Shown in pieces: positions 48,654 through 64,000 of a stretch of 64,000 nucleotides of DNA. This stretch comes from Fimicolochytrium jonesii (Eukaryota): contig NW_026515676.1 in assembly GCF_025526975.1 (NCBI RefSeq), forward strand, positions 1-64,000, given 5' to 3'. The notes beneath the pieces were generated by a model. That model was not told the DNA's origin, did no database searches, and saw only the letters and a list, made by a program, of their open reading frames with translations. Position 1 is the stretch's first letter. Each line of letters opens with the position of its first letter. The position numbers and the translations under genes were made by a program.

Positions 48654-50514
48654 TCAAAACTGAGAGCATAGAATCGGCCTCAGCATCACATCTATGAAGG
48701 ATGACACAAAAACATTCGTACCCTTATTTGATATGTCCCTGGCTTCGTCATATATCGTACCCATTTGACACTCGGATAATTGCTCTTTTCGAAGATTTTC
48801 AAGAAGCGCACCATCAGGCCTGACGCTGTGAACATCAGAACCTACACACATGATGGCGATGATTGTTAGTGAGTTGAAAGGGCCACGGCCAACATACCAA
48901 ACCAATTGAACTAACCTGGAAGTCTAGTGATATTGGCGGTCGTGACCAGACTTTCTTCGTAGTTGTGGAAGTGAGCTCGGCTTCCGCCCGAAGTAGGTAT
49001 TCTTGCTGCCCCTGGAAACGAGAGATCCTGCACGAGACAGATAAGTAGCTGAGCACGTCGCTGGATGAGATTGGAGTCCCCACATCAGCCATACGTACTT
49101 CCATACGATGGCATTCTCGCTACCAACGTATTTCGCTTTCCCGGCTGTCACGAAACACTTGGCGCCGCTGGTGTTGGTTGGCACCGGTATCTTTAACTGC
49201 ACATTCTGCCCAAAGATCTTCCCATTGAACTGTGACCGGACCGACACTTTGAACTCCATCCGTGATTTCGAAACCTCGATGACCACCGCGTGCACGCGGA
49301 AGGGAAGGTTGATATTTTCCGTCGTACGGTATTTCATCAGCTCGCATTCTCCATCAGGAGGAATGAAGTTGATTGTCCTGTCGCGCTCAAAGTTGCCAAG
49401 TTTGACGCATTGATGGAACTGGCAATCGTCTAGCTCCACGGCCCCAGGTGCTCTTCGACCCGCACTGCCAAGTTTCCCTTCCTTCTCCAACAATACTTTG
49501 TCATTGAGACCAAACTTGCACTCAGGCATGCCCGACAAGTATGCCCGCATAATAATCTGTCCGGAAACATCAGCCCGAAGTATGGTACCTGAAGCAAGCT
49601 CTGTTAGTCACTCCCTCAACATTCAGACACTAGGCAGTTCGTTTACCTTTCGCACTCATTAACAAATTCACACTCTCCACAACATCCAGGAAGGCCTCAT
49701 TCTTCCTGTACTTGATATCTGGCCTCCTCCATGCAACTGCTCCTGTGGCCTGTATTGCTATTCGGGAACCTTCTTCCTTCTGTATGTTGAATGCGATTCC
49801 ATTGATCATCAGTCACATGTGGCATTGTATGGAACTCTGCTCCATGCTCGTACCATCGCCTTTTCCGACCGCACGCCCTCCGTTGTTATATACAGCTTCA
49901 AGGTCTCTGCCTCTGTATTCTGTGGAAATCCGAAATCGCAAATCTCTGTGGGACATCTATGAGACTTCCGAAGAAAGCTGGGTGCTGAGAGACAGTATAC
50001 CGTACCATCCAGCAACTCATATATCAGAGTGAAGTTGCTCTTCACTGCATCCTCGTCGAATTTTCCAAAGTAACTGCGACCAAGGTTTACCACCTTGTAC
50101 AAGAATTCGAAGATGAGAGCGGCGTTCGCGTTTATCTTCGTGACTCCGACCAGGTAGATATTCTCATGGCGGACATGAAAGAAGGACATGCTCCCTAACG
50201 TTGTGATAGGAGAGCGCACGTCCGTCGACGAAACGACTTGGATTCTGAACACATCCGCTACCGAGCGCCTAGAGCGAGCTGGAGTTAGCGTATGGTTCAT
50301 GTGACCTTTCCCTCTGGGGCAACGTGAGAGCGGCGGCTCAGCCCCACACCCCTTATTCGTAAGCGCGAAAACTTCAAGGCCCCACAGCCTGCCTTCGCCT
50401 GTTCATAGAAGCCCAGGAGCTCAAAGGTTCAAATACTCACTTGATGTCTGGTCTATACACGCGAGATATGAGGACCTCTCCCTTCACGTTGAAGATGAAG
50501 AAAGCGCTCAACAT
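48654..50514 (-). CDS. AP2M1: AP-2 adaptor complex mu subunit (multi-exon)
   Basis: [25 protein letters not shown]…[52 protein letters not shown]. Confidence 0.96.
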
Positions 50515-50933
50515 TGTTCGTGCGCGTTGAAGCCTGAATGTTATGAGAACGCTGAGCGCAGTAGCAGTTTGCAGCCCGAAATTGAGAGAGTGGGTGGTGG
50601 GTAGTTGCTGCCTGTGGGCTCTTGTATGCTTCTCCGAGATGTCAACGGCGCGATTTAGGGCAATGGTGGAGAGGTAGCGCTGGCGGAGGATGTGCGGGAC
50701 GCGTTGGAGGGACCAGAGGGACCTTCTGGTGCTCACGCTTCAGATGCTGGCCAATTGTGGTTTCCCACGATAAGCGTATTTCAGTTGCGTGGACTTCGAG
50801 GCAGGTGCTGGGTTGGAGCTAGAGTAGACTTCCGGTTTTGTTCGTCGTCTGCATATATATTTTTTGCTTATTCCTGTGTGTAGGCAGCAAGCAAACTTGG
50901 AGTTGTAATTTCCATCGGAAGTGTGACGGGAAG

Positions 50934-51701
50934 ATGGTGGCACACTTACGTGAAGCGCTCAGGCGAAACCTATGCACTGCAGGCCTATCCCTCAGTGAAG
51001 CCTTCTCGGCTCAGCGATACAATTCGGACCCGCTATGCACCCGCTTTTCGCCTCTTCCGACTTTTCCAAACCGCAAGTCAACCGCAGCTTTTATAATTTT
51101 CAGCACGAAGGCCATGTGGGAGCCGTTCAAGAACTACCTGGCGGAGGATCCTGTCAATAGACTAGAGGGCACAGCGAATCCGATCGATGACTATGCCCGA
51201 ACGAAAATAGCCGACGCTCTGCGGGAGGCGCTGCCCGCCGACGTCGCGTACGAGATACGATATCCGTACGAGGAGGGAGAGCGATTCGTGTATTTCCAGC
51301 GGATGGCGCACCTCGCTGGTCTCGCATACTTTGATCCGAATTGGCAGTTCTTGTGCGTTCATCCGGTGCATGGCCCGTGGTTGGCTTTTAGAGCAGTGGT
51401 ATTGGTGGATTTGGACGGGCCTGACCCGACGGTGAGCGTAGAGGAAGTGAAAAACCCGTGCGGGGGTGTCGTGGACCATGCGAGGGCGTTGTACGAGCAG
51501 TTGCAGGAGGAGGCGGCGAGCGATCCCCATGATCTTGCCACCGCCTATCATAAAAGATGGCGTATGTTGGTGCAAATCAGAGACGAATTGGCCTCGTTCT
51601 TGGGCGAGCGGGCGGTCAGAGAAAGATACTCAGATACGCAAGTGACGTATCACTATCTGAAAGATAGACAGATCCTAAGGGATGCACTCAATCGGAGATA
51701 G
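50934..51701 (+). CDS. MMACHC: MMACHC/CblC-like cobalamin-processing protein, intronless
   Basis: NPIDDY, FQRMAHLAGLAYF and CVHPVHGPWLAFRAVV correspond to CblC motifs (DPxD, QxxAHxAGxAY, HPxxGxWxxxR). Confidence 0.8.
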   Translation: MVAHLREALRRNLCTAGLSLSEAFSAQRYNSDPLCTRFSPLPTFPNRKSTAAFIIFSTKAMWEPFKNYLAEDPVNRLEGTANPIDDYARTKIADALREALPADVAYEIRYPYEEGERFVYFQRMAHLAGLAYFDPNWQFLCVHPVHGPWLAFRAVVLVDLDGPDPTVSVEEVKNPCGGVVDHARALYEQLQEEAASDPHDLATAYHKRWRMLVQIRDELASFLGERAVRERYSDTQVTYHYLKDRQILRDALNRR

Positions 51702-51848
51702 AGCCGATATAGTAGTTACTCTGCGGTCCGGCATCCATCACCACTAATGAAGCCAGGATGTACGCCCCCGAAAAGCATTATTACGTCCAAAATGAACTCT
51801 ATATTACACGCCAGTTTTCACAAAAACTAACGATCCGCGTTGCAGTCT

Positions 51849-58179
<6,331 letters not shown>

Positions 58180-58912
58180 GGCCGCAGTGCGAGACGGAAA
58201 GAAGCCCCGTGGACTCTCTGAGATCTTTGCAGGCGATGTCAAGCAAGCCCGTTCGAGTTGACACCTACGGACGGCCAACTACACTTTCAGAACTAGCAGG
58301 CCATGGCACCCGACCAGGATCCTTTTCGTAGTTCAACCTATATAGAATACAGTTCAACCCGCCGTGTATATATATTAGATGGAGGCGGGTGGGAAACAGA
58401 CACTGGCAGTCACTTTCCACACTTCAGGAAGTACCGTTGTTCCCAGGGAAAAGGCGTGGTGGGGATTCGGGGGGGGGTGGTCCCAAACGTCCCAAATGAA
58501 GTGCGTCCGAACGAGAGAGGCGTGTTCGATGGAATGAGTCATGACTGCATCAAAGTCACGTGGACAGACAGACAGACACATACGCTGCGATGAAATTCAC
58601 AACTGGGCGATCAGGTCGCGGATCTGCCTGCGTCTGGGTGCGAGCGAGCGAGCGAGAGCACTTTCTTTTTCGCGGCTTACAATTACCCGCAGAAGGCAAC
58701 GACTCGTTTTCAACAAGAAACAGCGACACTTCGACCACATAGACCACAGCGAGAGGAACGCCTTCCGCGGGACGAAGAGCACCCATCCACAGACGGGCCC
58801 CCGAGAGGAACTTGAACCGTCTTAGGCAAAGAGGCCTTCACTGGAGCAGGAGGAAAGAAAAACGGACCTTTTTGTGGACTTTCGCCACCTACGTAGATAG
58901 TCACTAGTCGAA

Positions 58913-61453
58913 ATGGGAAAGCAGAAGAAGGAGAAAACCCGCCAGGCGGCCGAAAAGACCACTGGGTCAGGCCACTCCCTCAGCAATGTCACCCATGTGA
59001 AGGGAGTCAACTTCTACCGTGACGCAAAGAAAGTGCGTCAGGTGAACATGCTGAAGGGTGGAAAAGCTACCAGGAACGCCGATGGAAAGATCATCAAGGC
59101 CGCCGAGTACCAGACTCGCTTGGCTCCTGGAACACAAGCGAGGATTGCTCCGGACAGGAATTGGTTCAGTACGTCTATGCTACCGGAATGCGTTTGCTGC
59201 TACCTTACATCGCGGCTAACGCTCTTCAACCCACAGCAAACACTCGAACCATTGGTCAAAATGCCTTGAATAGCTTTCGCGAAGCTATGGCCACCAAGGC
59301 CGATGACCCCTACACGGTCATTATGCGTCAGAACAAGCTACCCATGAGTTTACTGACTGACCCTACCAAGGTATTGCCTCAGCTTCCTTTGATCGCAGGG
59401 GGATATTCGTCTAACCGTTTGCCATCTTGGTCGCATTCAAGGTTGCCTCCATGAAATTGCTTGAAGTTGACCCTTTTGCCAACACATTCGGCCCCAAAGC
59501 ACAAAGGAAGCGACCAAAGCTGAAGGCCGGATCTTTGGATGATCTGGCAACGAACGTCGAGACCTCTTTGGGTAAGCAAGGGTGTTTGAACCTTGCTTTC
59601 AAGTAATGTGTTACTCATTCAAAATCCCAGATGGCTATGACACCACCAAGGACGGACGACTCTTGGCCAACGTGAGGACAGATGGACAGATCGACGGAGC
59701 GCAAGACCCTTTCTTGCGTGCTGGGCAATCGAAGCGTATCTGGAATGAACTCTACAAGGTGCTGGATTCCTCTGACGTCGTCATCCACGTTCTTGACGCG
59801 AGAGACCCGATCGGAACGCGGTGCAAAAACGTTGAGAAGTTCATGAGAGAGGAGGCCAAACACAAACATCTCATCTTCGTCCTGAACAAGTGTGATCTTG
59901 TTCCCACGTGGGTTACGGTGCGTATACTCCATGTCTCATGAAAGGAACGAGCTAGGAGTCAAAGGAACGAGCTAGGAGTCTAATATGCCCGATCACATAG
60001 GCGAAATGGGTGAAGATTCTGTCGCAAGAATACCCCACGCTGGCTTTCCACGCCAGCATTAACAACTCCTTCGGAAAGGGATCTCTTATCCAATTATTGC
60101 GTCAATTCAGCAAGCTTCACTCTGACAAGAAGCAAATCTCGGTCGGATTCTTTGGGTACCCCAACACCGGGAAGAGTTCCATCATCAACACTTTGAGACA
60201 GAAGAAGGTCTGCACAGTCGCACCCATTCCTGGAGAAACCAAGGTATGTGTGGAAGCCGCTGGCCATATACCGTATTATGCATGTCCAATTTCGCATCTA
60301 ATCGCCCATCTTCCGTCAGGTCTGGCAATACATTACCTTGATGAAGCGCATCTACCTGATCGATTGCCCCGGTGTCGTCGCCCCGTCCATGGAAGACTCT
60401 GAGACCGACTTGGTGTTGCGCGGTGTGACCCGTATCGAGAACATTGCTGGACCTGAGCATCACATCCCCGCCGTGTTGGAACGTGTGCGTCCTGAATACA
60501 TGCGCCGGACGTATGGAGTCAGGGAGTGGGAGGACTCGGTGGACTTCCTAAGTCAAGTTGCTCGGTCGAGTGGAAAGCTGCTGAAGGTATGACAGCACAT
60601 TCTCGCATACACTTCACATCGTAGATCCAAAACTCACGTTTCTCTACTGCAGGGAGGAGAAGCTGATTTGAACACGGTCGCCAAGATGATTCTGAACGAC
60701 TGGCTTCGCGGCAAGATCCCATACTACACCATGCCCCCTGACTCACCCGAGTTTGAGGCAGCTGCTGCTGCTAACGCTGCTGCTGAGAGCGCTGTACCCA
60801 TGGTGCAACAGCTCTTCAGCAAGATTCCAGTTACCGCCAAATTCCTCCCCGACGACATGAAGCGGAAGCAACCAGAGACTGCCGAGGACGAGGCTGCCGA
60901 GGAGGCATCTGCGAACGGCGACGAGACTGTGGTTGCGGACGACGAAGATGTTGATAAGGAGGCTACGGCGGAAGTCACTGATTGGGATGAGGTTTTCGAG
61001 AGTGTGGTAGGAGAGGAGGCGCCCTTCGTAGAGAAGGAAGCGGAGGTTGAGGATGCCGCCCAAGCGGATGACGATGACCAGGAGGACATCTCGGATGCCG
61101 AGTCATCTGCAGAAGAGGAAGAAGAGGAGACGAAGGTAGTCGAGGAGAAGCCCTCCACCAAAGGCAAATCCACAAAGACACCAGTCAAGGCGAAAGCAGA
61201 CAATAAAGCCCCCAGCAAAGCAGCCGCGAGCAAAAACAAGCGTGCCCGTGACGCCGATGCCGACGAGGACCCAGCGGACGCCGACAAGGGCCGCACGCGC
61301 AAGTCCCCGCGCATGACGACCAACAAGAAGAAGGTCGGAGAGCATTACTACGAGACCGCCAACGTGAAGAATAAGAACCGCAAGAAGTCGAAGCCTGTAG
61401 ATCCCAACACCCTGGCGAAGAAGTTGCAAGGGAAGGGAACGAAGAGGAACTAG
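58913..61453 (+). CDS. NOG2: Nucleolar GTPase Nog2/GNL2 (multi-exon)
   Basis: [62 protein letters not shown]. Confidence 0.97.
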
Positions 61454-61938
61454 GGTTTTGGTGGAGCTTAGCCGTAGTGGTTAGCGTATCATTATCAGCC
61501 AGCAATAGCATTTCTTGGACCTCGCCACTGTTCCAAAGCCGTTTTGCAAATGCCAGCCGTATCTTAAACGTGTAGATAATTTCCCATTGCATTTTTTTAT
61601 CTTTATTATTGTAACATGAAAGACATTACAGCATAGACGTGTGGACGTTGCCCTTTTGCCCACCACCCACCTGCGGAACAACAAAGCCTCGTATGTGCAA
61701 CTCCTCTCTTATGATGTCATGGTTTCGCGCGCGTCGCGTTGGAGATGATTGTATAAAAGCTCCCCACCGCCCAGCCCCGTCTTCGCCCAACGAACCGGCA
61801 ATGCTGCATACCAACGCACAAAAAACGCTCACCAACCTACAAACCAGAAACCTCCTCATCCACAGCACCAAACCCCCCCGTGCTTCCCCGTACACAACCT
61901 CAACTCGCAAATCACCTGCAGCCCCGACCCCCACGAAG

Positions 61939-62163
61939 ATGTCCACCCCCCAACAAAACGGAGCAACCCCCTCCTCCGCCGCCCAATTCCAGCACCAAGC
62001 CCAGGAATCTGCCGCGGCGGACAAGACCGCCACCCCGGGGGCCGAGCAGGCGCACGTTGACGCTACCGCCGAGAAGCACTGGGGCACAACTCAGAAGTAT
62101 TTGACTGAGGAGGACGCGTATGGGCCTGGCGGTGACCCGGATAAGAAGAAGGAGGGGAAGTGA
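61939..62163 (+). CDS. Small hydrophilic protein (74 aa)
   Basis: MSTPQQNG…KKKEGK; strong tataaaag at ~61752 and a C/A-rich leader. Confidence 0.6.
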   Translation: MSTPQQNGATPSSAAQFQHQAQESAAADKTATPGAEQAHVDATAEKHWGTTQKYLTEEDAYGPGGDPDKKKEGK

Positions 62164-62442
62164 GGAGGATTCGACGGTGGAAGTCGAAGGATCGGAAAGT
62201 GGAGGAGTTTTGGGTCATAGGAGTTCTAGGTCGAATGTATCATATTTGAGTTTTGACGACTGAAGGGTCGTGTTCATAAGATTGTCCCCTTGAGCCTCCC
62301 ATTTATGCGAATGCGATTGTGTAAGCTCTGTGAATTGATTGCTTGTCATTGAATGAGCAGCATGTAGTCTATTAGATGCAAAGTAGCAGCTGTGCCAAAA
62401 ACAATTCTACCAAAAACGTGCCCAACCGTCATCACCGTAGAA

Positions 62443-63844
62443 TCAAGCAAACATCCTCCCAAACATCTTCTTCTCCTTCTGCGTATGTGCCTTCAGCTTT
62501 CCCTGCAAGATCTGCTGCTCCCGCCTCAACTCCGTCCACTCTGAACCCGACTTCGGCACCGCCTTCCGCTCCAGAATGTCTTCCAGTTTGGCAAAATCCG
62601 ACTGTGCCAGATCCAGATCCCTGCCGACGCGCGAATACGCTTGACCACGCCGAAAGATGGCCTTAACGTTCTCCGAGTCGGTTTTCAGGACTTCGGTGCA
62701 TGCTGGGATGACTGGTGCAAAATCGTTAAGTTTTATCTTGCATGCTGCGTAGTTTAGCCGACAGCTTTGGAGGAGGGCTTCTAACGTCGACAAGTCGATT
62801 TCTGGCTCTTTCGTTGTAGAGTCCCCGTTCTGGGCAGGCGCTGCCATTGCTGATTTTGATTTTGACGGACTTGATGTTCCCTGCAGCTTGCTGGGCCGGT
62901 CCGGCCTCCCCATATCCTGCACTTCCGGACTCATTGCCACGCTCTCCAGTAGCGCCAGCGCCCGTGTATACTTGTCCAGAGCCTCTTGGTACTTCCCCTC
63001 CTTATATAGCCGCCCTCCTTCATCCTTTCTCACAGGCGCTTCCCGGAACTTTTCCATCATGCTCATTTCCCACGGCTCTTTAGTGAACGAGTTTGGAGTT
63101 TGCACGTCAATCAGTTCGATTTCGAACTCGAGAGGCGCCCCGTGTAGCGCGGCCAAGTCGGTTTGCGCGTTCATCTCTTCCTGGAATGAGTGCGCACAAC
63201 AACCGCCGCCAATGGTTTTGACCGGAAGCCCTTTGGCAACGTTTATGCGGTTCTCTCTTTCCTGTTTTAAGACTTTCGCAAGTTGTACGTACCCCTGTAT
63301 CTCGGAGTTAGAATGCAACCACTAGCACCATCAGATGAACTAGTTCACATACCTCCGTGTATTCAGGCATGCACAGAAACCTCGCCTTCTCTCCCACCCG
63401 CATACTTTTCACCGCAATCTCCAGTGCCCGCACTGAAAAGCTGTATCCTATCCGCAACTCGAACGGCTTGTCGGGATCATCTTCCCGTGTATCCGTTACT
63501 TTCGTTCGGATGGGCCGATCTCCACTCGCATCTCCTGCCGCCTTCGATGCCGGCGGATGGCTACATGTATGGTCATGCTTGTGAGCACCGTCCTGTTTCG
63601 CTGCGTCGCTTTTACCCTGTCCACCCTTCTTCCCGCCCTTTGACTTCTCCTCGCCCGACTGTAGGTGAGGGGGTATCGCGTATGTAAACGTCTTGAAGTG
63701 GAAGAGCGCATTGGTACCACGAGTCCACTCCGGTGCTGGTACGTTGGAGCTGCTGCTGCCCTCCAGTTTCACCTTCAAGACGCCGTCGTCGTCTGTCACC
63801 CTCTCCATTTGCGAGAGCAGCCATTGTGGGTCTATGGCTGCCAT
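62443..63844 (-). CDS. AIP: AIP/AIPL1-like FKBP-TPR co-chaperone (one intron)
   Basis: FHFKT, KPFELRIG…LEIAVKSMRVGEKARFLC, GGCCAH, PLEFEIEL, KEPWEMS, TPRs (LNYAAC, NVKAIFRRGQA) and C-terminal KMFGRMF. Confidence 0.85.
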
Positions 63845-64000
63845 TTTCCAGCCTGGTGTTTGAGCCGGTGAATGCGAGTATAGACAGACGAGGTTTCTTC
63901 CTTGCCCGCCTCTCTTTCTGAAGGAGCGTTCAACGTTAAATATGCTGGTGAGTACTAGCGATGTGGGACGAAGGCTTTGTCCGCTTCTCCGAAAGTGGCT

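Noticed and set aside
58590..58830. Structured ncRNA or cell-cycle box between POLQ and NOG2
   Set aside because: No snRNA, snoRNA or tRNA consensus recognised; a single TTTCGCG (58668-58674) is expected by chance.
59941..59980. 20-bp tandem duplication
   Set aside because: Lies within a NOG2 intron; no sign of function.

Overview
Eukaryotic, intron-rich fungal DNA. The gene set (Pol theta, MMACHC/CblC, AIP, Def1-type CUE protein, short GT-AG introns) points to an early-diverging, probably chytrid, fungus; this is an inference. There are three zones. (1) About 1-14400 is an accessory, subtelomere-like zone. From 1 to 12370 it is a mosaic of intronless, partly decayed ORFs of the kinds common in large DNA viruses: an HNH remnant, WD40, three RING/Cys-rich ORFs, an origin-binding-protein-like C-terminus, an HTH and GIY-YIG-like/CCHC knuckles. 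It also holds an intact PNP/MTAN-family nucleosidase ORF, an iteron-like array, a 25-bp perfect hairpin and a truncated Gypsy element. This mosaic is joined through an interstitial (CCCTAA)n tract to a truncated gag-like ORF. (2) 14500-28300 and 48650-64000 are gene-dense housekeeping blocks: NOT1, DNAJC8/Spf31, UTP11, DEF1-like; AP-2 mu, MMACHC, POLQ, NOG2, AIP. (3) 29300-47600 is a gene-poor, TE-littered interval holding a homeodomain gene, a MATA/SOX-type HMG-box gene, a BAG gene and a large stalked type II membrane LRR protein, a candidate mating-type-like locus. All calls come from reading motifs by eye; no database searches were run.
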